Of a stretch of DNA of 64,000 nt, positions 1-11,921 are shown piece after piece. A program made the translations under genes and the position numbers. The notes below the pieces were generated by a model. The model was not told where the DNA came from. It saw only the letters and a program-made list of their open reading frames with translations, and made no database searches. The stretch's first letter is position 1. Each line of letters begins with the position of its first letter. The stretch is taken from contig NC_043019.1 in the NCBI RefSeq assembly GCF_006345805.1, forward strand, positions 16,677,360 through 16,741,359. Direction: 5' to 3'. Source of the stretch: Octopus sinensis (Eukaryota).

Positions 1-361
1 AGCAGCACTGTTTAAGTACCGGCCAAGGCCAACCTCACCTAAAAATGAACAGCAGTCAACTTTTAGTACAGACCCCACCACCACCACCACCATCTCTCTT
101 TCTCTCTCTCTCTCTCTCCAGTTGTCACTTCCTGCAGGGTCAAGAGTGGGTCAGCCAAGAGAGAGACTTTGTCTGCTCTCACAACTACACAGGCCACAAC
201 GACACCCAGCAAAATCATGATACAAGCCACCTGCAACAGACAACCAACCTTCAGCCTCCTCCTCCTCCTCTTCTGCAATGATGTTATTGAGTCTCTTACT
301 TAATGTTTGCATTGAAACTTTTTTTAAATTCATGTATTTTTTTTGTTTGTTTTTGTTCTAG

Positions 362-449
362 GGGTGGGTATTTAATGTGGTCCCATGGGTAGTGACCATT
401 CCAAGCTCCATATTCAGTGGTTGGTTAGCAGATGTCATGATATGCAAAG
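362..449 (+). CDS. SLC17A9: SLC17A9/VNUT internal coding exon (upstream exons lie outside the window)
   Basis: ttctAG acceptor, G|GTAAG donor; translates GWVFNVVPWVVTIPSSIFSGWLADVMICK(G), matching the GWIFNVVPW...SGFLSD motif of SLC17A9; phase 0 in, phase 1 out. Confidence 0.92.
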
Positions 450-1063
450 GTAAGTTTTGCTTTTGTCAAAAAGAAAAAACTTAAAGAATTCTCGTTTGAC
501 TCCTCATCAACTTTTCATTATCATTTAGTATGAAACCAATCTGCATTAAAAATAAATCTTGCATGTTCTTCATTTACCATCGCCCCCCCCCCTACTCCCC
601 AAGGAAGGAATGAAAATAACCATGCATTAAAACTTAAAAACTGGAAAAATTGGGCTTAATATTTCATTGTATTACTAAATGATTAAAGATTGATGAAAGT
701 TAAATCTCACTTCCCTGGGTGGACACACAGGTAGACATTCCTTTTAACAAAACAAATAATCCCACAGTGTTGAAGCTGCTTACAATTGCAGACAGTACCT
801 CAGGACCTCTGTTGTGTTCTAGCAACAGAGGTACAGTTAACCTTGATTCTATCTCTACTGTGTTCCATCCACACTGTCATCTGTAACCACCCTTGACTGC
901 TATAGTTCCCCAACATAGAGAGTTTAAACTTTACTATACTGATATACATATCTTATGTATTAAAGTACTTGGCTAAATGAACTGTTAAAATATTTATAAA
1001 TGTATTATTAGATGTCTTTTGTGATTATTGATCTTATATTCTTTCTATTCTGTCGCACATCAG

Positions 1064-1098
1064 GTTACACTGTGACATTTGTCAGAAAATTTATGGAG
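1064..1098 (+). CDS. SLC17A9: SLC17A9 35-nt exon
   Basis: catcAG acceptor, GAG|GTAAG donor; (G)YTVTFVRKFME, matching the GY...VRKLMQ motif; phases join the neighbouring exons in frame. Confidence 0.9.
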
Positions 1099-1460
1099 GT
1101 AAGTTGAAGCAATACTTATATTCCAAACAGCTAAACTGCAATGAAACTAGAAATGTTTCCCTTTTTCTCATTTGTCTACCTTCAGTTCATAGTGTTTATT
1201 TGAAATTGTGACATACAACACTACCTGGTCGAATATTTCCACAGAAAACAGCCATTTCCTTGAATTGGCAGTAATAAATACCTTGAAGTTATTCTTCCAT
1301 AAAACATTGTTAAATCATGACCAATCCTGTAATAATCCAAACAGAAGTGACAATGGGTTCGGTGCTGCTGCAAGGGAGACAGGGTGGAAAGGACGATGTC
1401 CGAGTTGCATGCTTCTTTCCTTGCAACATGGAGAAGGGTGTTTGGTCGTCTGCAAAAGTA

Positions 1461-2263
1461 TAATAATAATGTTCGTCCTTCTGGTTCGAAGATGACCATT
1501 GACATCATTTGGTGGAATTGCTGCTATGAGACCGGAGGTGGCTGGTGAGGCCTATCCGGGCAAGAAAGCCCCTCCCACAGGTGGGGCAGAAGTGGGTAGG
1601 GGCTGTGCTATTGGTGCAGGTGGCTCTGGCTTTCCGCATCTGGCGTTTCTGTTCTGCTGACTGAATCTGTCTCTCCTCAGCTGTCTTTGCTCCTGTGGTG
1701 ATTGCGCTGCGCCAGGTTGAGCGGTCGGCAGCAAGTGTCTCCCAAGTGCCGATGGAGAAGTCCTTGAGAGAGACTTTGAGGCTGTCCTTGAAATGCTTGT
1801 TCTGCCCTCCGACTTTGCATTTGCCCAGGCTGAGTTCACCGTAGAAGAGCTGTTTTGGGATGCTAGTGTCGGACATGCGGGAGACGTGGCCTGCCCATCT
1901 CAGCTGGGCCTTGCGCATGATCGTGATGGTGCTAGGAAGATCTGCCTGCTTAAGAACTTCCGTGTCTGGGACTTTGTCCTGAGGTGGAAGTGGTTTATCT
2001 GGCGCTCGTGCCTTCGGTAAGCAGTCCGCGTCTCGCAGCCGTATAGTAGGGTGGTAAGCACGACTGCCCGGTAGACTTTCAGCTTGGTGTTGAGGCTGAT
2101 TCCTCTCCGCTCCCAGACTTTCTTTCGCAGTCTCCCAAACGCGCTGCTTGCCTTGGAGATTCTGTTGATGATTTCAGCATCTATGTTGGCATTGCAGGAG
2201 AGAGTGCTGCCCAGGTAGGTGAAGTTTTCCACCGCTCGTAGGATCCGTCCGTTCACCTTTATC
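1461..2263 (-). mobile_element. RTE-clade LINE, 5'-truncated 3' fragment (SLC17A9 intron)
   Basis: VENFTYLGSTLS...KLKVYRAVVLTTLLYGCET and QLRWAGHVSRM...CPTCGRGFLARIGLTSHLRSH (post-RT region plus C2H2 tail), one short deletion/frameshift, (ATT)n tail at 1461-1470. Confidence 0.93.
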
Positions 2264-2380
2264 TGCAAAAGTAATTACATCAGGATTGGGTGGGTAGAGC
2301 TTTGCTCTTTGTAATTTGCTGGCAGGAGGGATCCACTCAGTGGATTGCAGGTATGTAAGTAGTGAATTAATATTTAATGT

Positions 2381-2580
2381 ACAGCACATGGCCTGGTGGT
2401 TAGGATGTTGCACTCACAATTGTGAGATTGTGGTTTCAATTCCTGGGTGATGTGTTGTGTTTCTTGAGCAAAATGCTTCATTTTGCATTGTTCTGTGACC
2501 ACTTTGACACCTGTACAGGTAATGTCGATTTGCTGGAAGGAGTGAGTTAATGAGCGGCATATGAGCATTTGATTACCATA
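2381..2580 (+). mobile_element. Decayed tRNA-derived SINE (family C)
   Basis: Box A-like tggcctggtggttagg and box B-like ggtttcaattcc; resembles 47157-47448. Confidence 0.55.
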
Positions 2581-2769
2581 AGCTAATTATTTGTGTAGGG
2601 GTGTTTGGCAAAAGCCGAACGCTCGTACACCATCTTCAACCGAAGGAGTCCATCACAGTTTACCTCAACACAACTTATCAACAGTAGGCTAGTAGACACA
2701 CTGAAAGAATCAATAATTGTCAATAGTCTATCAAATTTTGATTGATTAGTAATCTTTATTGTTTTGCAG

Positions 2770-2941
2770 ACAGTAGCCTTGTGTGGAAGTGCTATATTTC
2801 TTATGCTGATCGGATATACATCAAGCTTTGAAGCATCCCTCTTCTGCCTCGCATGTGCAGTTGCCTGCTGTGGTTTCCATGGCAGCGGGATATTAATAAA
2901 CCCCCAGGACATTGCTCCCAAACACGCAGGATCTGTTTTCG
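2770..2941 (+). CDS. SLC17A9: SLC17A9 172-nt exon
   Basis: ttgcAG acceptor, G|GTAGG donor; TVALCGSAIFLMLIGYTSSFEASLFCLACAVACCGFHGSGILINPQDIAPKHAGSVF(G), with the SLC17 N-x-x-D-I/L-A-P-x-x-A-G motif. Confidence 0.95.
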
Positions 2942-3309
2942 GTAGGTTGTCTTCGTTCCCCTTAAAAATATGCTTATTCATTAAAACACATGCAATTAGA
3001 CACACACACACACACATACAGAGGCTCAGCCATAACCACACTCTTATCTATACATACACTCTTCCAGCCTCCATTCCCCATAATCTTTCTTTTATTTCAC
3101 TAATTATGTAATTGAATTTGGTTAATTTACTCATTAGAAACGAATGTATATTGCTTGAAATCTGTGAAATACAAAGATTAAAAAATTGTTTCTTTTATAT
3201 TTTGCATCTACAAACAGAAACTACGGTATAACATATGAGTTAATTAATCAGTTTGTTAATTGGAAGTATATTCATGTATTTAGTGGAGTCCTCCACTTGA
3301 CTCATGCCA

Positions 3310-3351
<42 letters not shown>

Positions 3352-3703
3352 ATTCCTTACACCCATTTCAGTACACTTCATACATTAGGTGTGTGTGTGT
3401 ATATTGCAAACCTGTAATACACTCTGTATTCATTAGATCATATCCAGAGAAGTCACTGTAAACTTTGGCAAATTTGCTTGAGGAAATTTCGCCACAAAGA
3501 CGACACACAAACTAACTGTAAACAAGAAAACTCATTTTAAAGAAATTACCTTTCTCTAATTTGTACGTTAATTGAGAAAGTTGTCATTTTGTTTTTCTCA
3601 TTCTTTTCTGTTTGTAATTTATTTATTTTTTACTGCAAAAATGTTTATGGTGAAATTTCCTATAACCTCATTTGACAGCAAGATCTTTGTCAGCCACTCT
3701 TCA

Positions 3704-4690
3704 GCTATCTATTTAAGGCTGTATATGGCCATGGTGTAGCCAGACTTGGAATTTGCATCACCAGTCTGGAAGCCCTATCTTGCTCAGGACATTGACCTCC
3801 TGGAAACTGTTCAGAGATGTGCAACCAAGCCTTGCTTCCCTGGGCAGGGATACATTGAAGCTCTGACGTCTGGCAACTGACTTGGTTAACACCCACAAAA
3901 TTATTAACCATGTTGCCAACAACCACCCTGAGCACCTTTTTGAGCTCCATGTGTCTAACACATGTGGGCATGCCTACAAAGTCAGAAAACAGCACAGCTC
4001 CCATCATTTTCAGAAACATTTTTTCACACTCAGAGTTGCTGAAGCATGGAACAAACTACCTGCATCAGTTGTTAGCTGCCAAGACATTGCATCCTTTAAA
4101 ACCTCCATGCTTCCTGAAATTCGCCAACACTACACCTGATATCCCCCACTCCATGCACATGCACACATGTATATCAGGACTCGTACACTGTTCATTTTTC
4201 CTGTCATCATCATCATCGTTTAGCGTCCGCTTTCCATGCTAGCATGGGTTGGACGGTTCAACTGGGGTCTGGGAAGCCAGAAGGCTGCACCAGGCCCAGT
4301 CTGATCTGACAATGTTTCTACGGCTGGATGCCCTTCCTAATGCCAACCACTCCATGAGTGTAGTGGGTGATTTTTACATGCCACTGGCACAGGTGCCAGA
4401 CGAGTCTGGCAAACGGCCACGATCGGATGGTGCTTTTTACATGCCACCGGCACAGGTGCCAGACGAGTCTGGCAAACGGCCACGATCGGATGGTGCTTTT
4501 TACATGCCACCGGCACAGGTGCCAGACGAGTCTGGCAAACGGCCACGATCGGATGGTGCTTTTTATGTGCCACCGGCACATTTGTAAATAATTTGTAAAT
4601 AATTCTATGTACTGTACATACATCTTTGATAAGCTGTAGTGCACCTGAGCACTATACGCTATAATTTCATTATTATTATTATTATTATTA
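3704..4690 (+). mobile_element. CR1-clade LINE 3' fragment with a nested RTE 3'UTR insertion
   Basis: DLVNTHKIINH...GHAYKVRKQH...HFFTLRVAEAWNKLP C-terminus; 3'UTR gtagtgcacctgagcact plus (ATT)n tail at ~4637-4690, shared with the 12781-14688 copy. Confidence 0.9.
4203..4582 (-). mobile_element. RTE 3'UTR fragment with 63-bp tandem repeats, inserted in the CR1 3'UTR
   Basis: (ATG)n tail at 4203-4217; body homologous to 55640-55827; repeat units start at 4378, 4441, 4504 and 4567. Confidence 0.85.
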
Positions 4691-4731
4691 TGAACATTAT
4701 ATGTAATTGTTCTTTTCTATTTTGGTTTCAG

Positions 4732-4761
4732 GCATCATGAACATGGCAGGTGCAATCCCAG
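4732..4761 (+). CDS. SLC17A9: SLC17A9 30-nt exon
   Basis: tttcAG acceptor, CAG|GTAGG donor; (G)IMNMAGAIP(G), matching the G-x-x-N-T/M-A-G-A motif. Confidence 0.9.
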
Positions 4762-5188
4762 GTAGGATTTCTTCTGTCTTTGTCCATTTCTTATTCTTTA
4801 TCAAATAAGTCCAATAAAGTTTATGTAAATGTCACTTCATAAAAGAAATCAATGTAAACGACAGTATTTATTTGGTCAACTATTTTTACGTCCTTTTTTT
4901 TTTCCTATGCTATGTTTGTGTCTATATAACAGTGTGTGTGTGTGTGTCCTTGTCTTGACATCACATCATTGTTGTAAACGAGTGCCACCCTCATACAAGT
5001 GGCATCCTGCATTTCTAATATTCAATGGGAACATGTCTGGCTAAGAGGGAATCTTACCATTCTTCCTATTAGAGTTGCCATTGCTTGTTTCACTTGTTTT
5101 CTCTGCCCACAACAATTTTATATTTCTTCTCACATTTATTGCTTTGTAAACAAAGATTTAGGATTATTTTTTTCTCATATTTTTGCAG

Positions 5189-5328
5189 GTTTTGTAGGGG
5201 TTTACATTGCTGGCAATATTCTGGAAGCGACAAAAAGTTGGGGAGCGGTTTTCAGCCAAACTGCTGTTGTATGTATTTTCGGTTGGATTGTTTATATGGT
5301 TTTTGGCACCGGAAAAGTAATAATTTAA
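5189..5328 (+). CDS. SLC17A9: SLC17A9 terminal coding exon
   Basis: tttgcAG acceptor; (G)FVGVYIAGNILEATKSWGAVFSQTAVVCIFGWIVYMVFGTGKVII*, the final two TM helices of SLC17A9. Confidence 0.93.
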
Positions 5329-7036
5329 TCAATGCAAAGTTAATTTCAAGACATTTTCTCCAATATATTCTACAGGCAAAAACCTGTGGTTTATACCAAC
5401 AAAATATTGGGGGACTTCTTAACTCCCTGCAATGGCAAAAATGTACTTAAAAAACAGCTAACATTTTCTTAGGTCTTTTAACATTCCTAACAGAACACTT
5501 CCTGTCTCTTCAACAACCTCTTCTTCTTTCTCTCGCTCTCTCTGTCTCCTTATTAAATACAAAACCTTTCAGTATTCTCAAAAAATCTCACTGTCCCAGG
5601 AAATTCTGTTGATTTTATTAGAAAATTTAGTATTTAAGAAACATAGATTACTTAGTGTGAAATTTAAGATATATATATATATGTATATATATATATACAA
5701 GCTGTTGATAATTCAGTTATTTATACATAAAAGCCCCCCCCCCCACAAACATTTATATATGCATATATCCATAAATGACTGCTTTATGAACCTATATTTA
5801 ACTTCCTAATTAAATCTCTGTTTTAGTCTTGGTGACTAGTCTTAGTTGGTTAAAGAGAACAAGTTTCATAAAGTCAGTTCTTACTGTTTATATTTTGAAA
5901 AACTAATATACTTTCACAAATTATATTTAATAGAATTAAATTGAAAATCAGTGAAACTTATTTCACAGAGTTAAAAAAAAAAAAAGCCCAGCAAGTAGAG
6001 GAAATCATGTTTTATTTAATTTGAAACCAATTTTATTTTAAACTGACCAAATGTGATTGCAGTTAGTTGTGAGCTAATCACTACCAATATGACCATTAGT
6101 AACTGCTATTTTCGTAATCCATCAGGCTTAAATGAATTGTAAATGTTTCATCTAATTGGGGCAGCAGATTGATTAATTATCAAGGTAAGGTTAATTAACA
6201 TTCATTGCTAGGTAAATCTCATTACTTTCTTATGCAAATTCTCACAAGTAGAACATGTAATTTACAAAATGAACCAAAATTGAATTTCCACCCCCACCCC
6301 CTCTGCAAAAAAATTGTTTATAGACATTTGAAATTGTCGGTCATGGAGCTAATGAAATGACTTTTTATATTTGTCTCTTTTGGTCATAAAAAATACATTT
6401 GTGTGGGTGGATGAGTGTGATGGGGGGGAAAAAGAGAGAAAAATAAAATTGTGTGTGTGTGTGTGCATATATATATGTGTGTGTGTGCATGTTTGTATGT
6501 ATGTTTATCTCATGAACAAAACCCATTGAATAATCATTGATGTTAATGCTGAAACTATTAACAATTGCTCGGATGGTGGACTCATCCAGACATTTTTTGT
6601 GAAAATTAATAGAAAAGTGAGTTGACTTTTCTGAGATGTGGACATTTCCCCCAAAAGCTCATTTCCTATGTTAAACATAGGGCTGTATTTAATAGAGACC
6701 ATTTAATAATAAATGCATCATTTCCTTCACTGCTGCTTCTGTGTTTTTGTTTCTAATGCCTTCCCTTGTTCATTCTTCCTTAACCCACCCAAGTGTCCCC
6801 CTACCTGTAACCCTAGACACTACAGGCCAAACCCACACTGACCGCCAGCCCTGAATCCGCCTTCAAATTGGCAAATCTGTGCCCAGTCTGTAGCAAACCT
6901 GCTTTTCTATACTTTGTCACAGATTCCTTCTTTCCTTTTTTAAGTCTGTCCCTTTATATGTGTAAATGCCCTTTGGTTTTTTTTGGTTTTTGTCACTGTT
7001 GCACTTTCACCATTCCACTTCCATCGGTGGATATAT

Positions 7037-7213
7037 ATGCTGGAGCACCACCTTTAGTCGAGCAAATCGACCCCAGGACTTATTCTTTGTAAGCCCAGCA
7101 CTTATTCTATCGGTCTCTTTTGCCGAACCGCTAAGTAACGGGGACATAAACACACCAGCATCGGTTATCAAGCAATGCTAGGGGGACAAACACAGACACA
7201 CAAACACACACAC

Positions 7214-7255
<42 letters not shown>

Positions 7256-7420
7256 GACGGGCTTCTTTTCAGTTTCCATCTACCAAATCCACTCACAAGG
7301 CTTTGGTCGGCCCGAGGCTATAGTAGAAGACACTTGCCCAAGGTGCCACGCAGTGGGACTGAACCCGGAATCATGTGGTTTGGTAAACAAGCTACTTACC
7401 ACACAGCCATTCCTGCGCCT
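7037..7420 (-). mobile_element. Bipartite tRNA-derived SINE with internal (AT)/(GT) microsatellite (family A)
   Basis: Homologous to 53392-53800; head aggcgcaggaatggctgtgtggtaagtagc. Confidence 0.9.
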
Positions 7421-7627
7421 ATATAAATATATTTTACATAAACACACACACACACAAACATTCACATAATCATAATAACCATTGTGTGTAGCCAATTCAC
7501 TATACATATATACACACAGATGCCGTTCAGTATGTCTTCACCCCTTCCTTTGTCAGTCATCTCTTGTGATGGGACAAAAAAGCACATGAGAATTATATAT
7601 TTGTAGATAGATGGTATATTTATTGTC

Positions 7628-7674
7628 ATACGCTGATGACAGGTCAATACCTAGAAACTGCAGTCCATGCGTAT
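7628..7674 (+). ncRNA. Hammerhead-ribozyme-like motif with palindromic helix III
   Basis: atacg-CTGATGA-c-aggt(caat)acct-a-GAAA-ctgcag-TC-catg-cgtat; GUC triplet; stem II closing pair mismatched. Confidence 0.45.
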
Positions 7675-7945
7675 CACTTAGGTTGACGAGGGAGAGATTA
7701 CCTCCCTTTGCAAATACTATAAGGGCACAGAAAGTGTGCCTAAAGTCAGCTGGAGACGATGTTCTCCTGGGGCTACAAGCTACAGTAACACCCACCCTTA
7801 GTGATTAGCCATATTGAGATGGCAAATATACCTCACATTGTCGTGCAGTTACTGTTTATACCTCGTTCAGAGATTTATTATTATTAATAATTCAGTGAGA
7901 GAAAGAGATCTTGGACTTAGTGAAAATAATTTGATTCCCCATAAA

Positions 7946-8207
7946 AATAATAATAATAATGAAATTATTGTATACAGTGCTCAGGTGCACTACAACTTGT
8001 CAAAAGTGCATATAAAGTACATGCAGTAACGTACAAATGTCTGGAAAGCAAACAGTGTATGAGTCAGATACATGCTTGTGTGTGTATGGAGGGGAGAAAA
8101 TCAGGTGTAGTGTTGGCGAATCTCAGGAAGCATGGAAGTTTTGAAGGATGCAATGCTCCGACAACTAACGACTGATGCCGGCAGTTTGTTCCATGCTTCA
8201 GCAACTC
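7946..8207 (-). mobile_element. CR1 3' end fragment
   Basis: Reverse complement of gagttgctgaagcatggaac...gtagtgcacctgagcactg plus (ATT)n tail; same family as 3704-4690. Confidence 0.85.
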
Positions 8208-8829
8208 AAGATAGCATATCACTAAATTGAAGAGAATTTGTTATATTCAGATTGATGTTACCCAAACATGTTGTCCGAAAAATGTCTCAAAAAAATTACT
8301 TGAGGTCCCGTATGCCAAAGTTGGCTCTCCATGAACTTTAATACAGCAAAAGCATTTATTCCAAATGTGAGCTGTTGAAATTGGGGAGCATCTAAAGTTG
8401 CTCATACGTCATTTATGCTATCAACTGCAGTAATGTCAAAATATGTAATTAAATTACCTGTATTCAATCTACTTGGGCAGGTGACAGTGCCATAACATTG
8501 AGGAAAACCACATTCACAATGTACAGCAACAATCATTACATTCATCATCATTTTTTAACATCCGCTTTCCATGCTAGCATGGGTTGAACGATTTGACTGA
8601 GGTTTGGCAAACCAGGTGGCTCTGTCACCTAATTTCATCCAAATTCATGAAATAGTTTGTTTTTATTTTATTTTTTTTATATATACTGGCTTAACTGCTT
8701 TTCATCTCTAGTTTCTAACAGAACTGGGAGATTTCCATTGAGAAAGCACTACAGGGATTCACAAGTTAAAGGTTTATATCATTTAGAAGAAATATATTCC
8801 TGCAAAGGTGTTTGTAAGGAGGAATCATG

Positions 8830-9145
8830 TTAGAGGGGCTACTTTAGCTAGGATTGAGAGTTTCGTATCAATCTTAGCTACAGAAGTGGTGACATTATCC
8901 TTACAGCTGTAACTTACTTTTAGGTTATTTTTAATAGAATTCTTATGGCTTCTAGGGAAGTGTTTATTGACTGAATTGAGATCAGACCTTTCAACTGAAA
9001 GGAGACTTATACCATGTAACTTACCGTCTTCATTAGGGGCTGTGTGTTGGGTGGGGGATGTACTCAACCCTGTCATTGAAGCTGCTTCTCCTTAAAGCCT
9101 CAGTAAAACACAGCAGCCTGATTATGCATCTCTTCATCAGAGGAG
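8830..9145 (-). mobile_element. Decayed Penelope-like element remnant
   Basis: NKHFPRSHKNSIKNNLKVSYSCKDNV resembles the HFP..H.L.KIFN.N..KVSYSC..N linker between the PLE RT and GIY-YIG; CTGATGA at 9140-9134. Confidence 0.55.
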
Positions 9146-10230
9146 ATTCTGAAAATTCTTTTATTAATATTTCTTGGTAAATTCTTCCAAATGCTAGGGA
9201 AGAGGGTTTAAGTTGTTTTGTTAATCAAATGTAAAATTTTGTTTCGTTTTCTTTAAGATTTGTAACTACCTGAGATTTGAGTATAACATTTAAAAAGTAG
9301 ATTATATTATTATTAGCATTTAGTGTAATCTTAAGAGCTAAAATTCTAAACCTATAAATGAAATCTTTCTAAATCTGTCAAATTGGTGGCCATTCTTATG
9401 GATTAACTCTTGTATATATTAGTCTTAATTCTTATATAATCAAATTTTGATGGCAGGATAACTGAAATAAAAGTAGCCCATATGAATATCAAAAAAGGCT
9501 CAGGGCCTTCACAGTTTAACCCTGAAGGAATCATCAAAAGATAGAAATTTTCTATCCTGTACAGTGAAATCAATATCTTAATCCATGATGGTAGCTTATC
9601 CTGTGGCCAAATTATAAGATTGTCATTAAAAGTGTTTCAGTAACAGAAGGATAAAGTTCAACATCAAATTGTGTAAATATTAGAAATTATGTTTGTGTAA
9701 AGAATCAAACCAATTTCTTATATTGAGGAACTGTTTCCCTAAAAAGAGTTGATTGTATAAATTCCTACCTTTAATCGCATTGACTATGATCTGGCTAATT
9801 CTCTCAAGTAGTAAGTCTGGATTTAGAATTAGCCAAGAAAGTAGGATTATGGTCTTTTTGAAGTAATCTGGTGATAGAAGGGAGGGAGGTGGGGCAGCTA
9901 AACACAATTCCACTTTCTGCTTTAGATCTGGAGCTTAAAACTCATGCACTGAATTCCTGTTCCACTTAAATATCACATTTGGTAATTGTTTCTTTCTTAA
10001 CTTGAAAATCCTTTCTTTGCCAGATTGACTCTTAGAAGACATTTACTAACGTAATGAACTGCACCAATTATTTATTGAGATGAATGTAGACTATTTTATC
10101 AGAGTTTCAAGTTTTGCAACAGTTATCCACAAATACTCTCCTCCTTGCTGATTTCAAAAAAGATGTTCTCACCTGCTGGGAAGCTACCTTCAATTATGCA
10201 TAATTTTTCTTTTCCACTCCTAATAACTAT

Positions 10231-10420
10231 CATCATCATCATCATCACTATCATTGATTAACGTCCACTTTCCATGCTGGCACTGAGGTCTACACCAAGA
10301 CTCCAATATGGTCTGGCAGAATTTCTACAGCTGGATGCCCTTCCTAATGCCAACCATTCTAAGAGTGTAGTGGATGCTTTTACATGCCGCCAGCACAAAG
10401 AGCCAGTAAGGCAGAGTATG
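10231..10420 (-). mobile_element. RTE 3'UTR fragment
   Basis: (CAT)n followed by tttccatgctggc...ggatgcccttcctaatgccaacc, as in other copies. Confidence 0.75.
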
Positions 10421-11921
10421 TTAGATTTTCTTTTTTGTATTTGCACTTGGTAGAAGTTTTAAAGGAAATATTCCACCAATATTCCTTGTATTTAATAACA
10501 GAAATATTATCTATATTTATCCCAGAGTATCCTTCCCTACCAATTACATTATATGTTTTAGCCAAAAGATCAGGTCATAGCTGGAGAGCTAATCCCTCAA
10601 TTCCATTTTTGGACAGTGGCTGATTACACGCGTTATATCCTCCACAGAACATTGTGAACATAATCACCATCTTTAGGTATTTCATTATTGTCACCTGCTC
10701 TTCGATTGCAACTTCATAATCTTCAAGATGTGATGCAATGAAGTGGTTATGAATCTAAGCAACACTTTGTGTGTTCCTATCGTCATCCAATGCATATATT
10801 ACATGTACAGTGTGTTTTTGGTTCCAGTTCTTTGCTAAGGGATTCTCGTCCAACCCGCAGGATGTGTTTATCACTTCATTTTTCAACACTTGGTTGATGT
10901 ATACAGTTTTTGTCGCTGTTATTCACTGACTGAGATCATATCGTAACTCAAAGACTGTCTGTGCTGATCTTTAAGCAGCTTCCCATCACATTTCTGAGGA
11001 GATGGAGTCTGTGTCACTATCACTGTTTCTGTGCGAATCTCCATTTGATGTCAGGATCTTTCACATTCTAATGTCTGTGGAACATATTTCCTCTACAGAA
11101 CCAGTTAAGTATCTCAAATGGTCATATCCCATATACTGGTATTGCAAATGGCTCATGGGATGTCTTGTCTTGTAAGAGCAAAGCTCTGCTCTGTTTGGGT
11201 CTGGTGTTATATTCTTTTGTTACTCTTTATTCACAGCAGCTTTCTATGTCATATTCAAAATATTTTATGCATTATTCATTTTGCGGAACGAGTGATAGCA
11301 AAACTATGAATGCAATAGTTTGATCAGTTTTCTACCTTTAGTTTTTAAATATGAAGGTTTCAAACATTTCTTTTTGGCCAAACTCCATTCCTAAATCAGC
11401 AGAAAAATGTGACTAAATTCAGCTGTTACTCAGCATTGTAGATATTTTAAGCTTAAAACTTTATTTTGTCTACAAAGAAATCCTACATTACATTGGTGCC
11501 TCTCGTCATAGATATAACCAGCAGATTTTCATAAAAGAAAAAACAGTGGATTGTCTGTCCAAAATAAGTGGACGACAGCAACAGATTTGTTTTGTGTTCC
11601 ACTTTCGGTTAGAAGTGTGAGGAACATAGACCAGATTTCCAGGAGCTTTTCAACGATATCGGCTCAAACAGGTACTTTTACCTGCCGTAGGGATTTCATT
11701 AGCCACGAATGGTGGTGGGGGGGGTTAGCTTCAAATCATTCTGTTACATGGGTTACTCTGGTGTTTTCTTACTTCAGACAAAACTGTTTTATTTACCAAA
11801 ACTAGTTCCCCCCCCCCTGCCTCATCAGCAGTGACTGCTTTGTGTAATTTACAAGTCTTGGAGGAACCGGTTGAGGCACTTTCTCTGTGTTTATGTGCAT
11901 GCATGAATGTGTATATATATA

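Noticed and set aside
45-333. Overlapping short ORFs at the window start
   Set aside because: Driven by (CCA)n/(CT)n/(CCT)n runs; they do not encode the expected upstream SLC17A9 exon (WLPT-type motif absent)
4378-4582. CRISPR-like regular repeats
   Set aside because: Repeats are directly tandem with no unique spacers, and the DNA is eukaryotic; no CRISPR array or prokaryotic operon was found in the window
4249-4587. ORF with a 21-aa repeat (MPPAQVPDESGKRPRSDGAFY)
   Set aside because: Antisense reading of the RTE 3'UTR 63-bp tandem repeat
11640-11710. Minus-strand EIPTAGKSTC resembling a P-loop
   Set aside because: Lacks the first Gly of GxxxxGKS, is closed by a stop within a few codons and has no supporting exons
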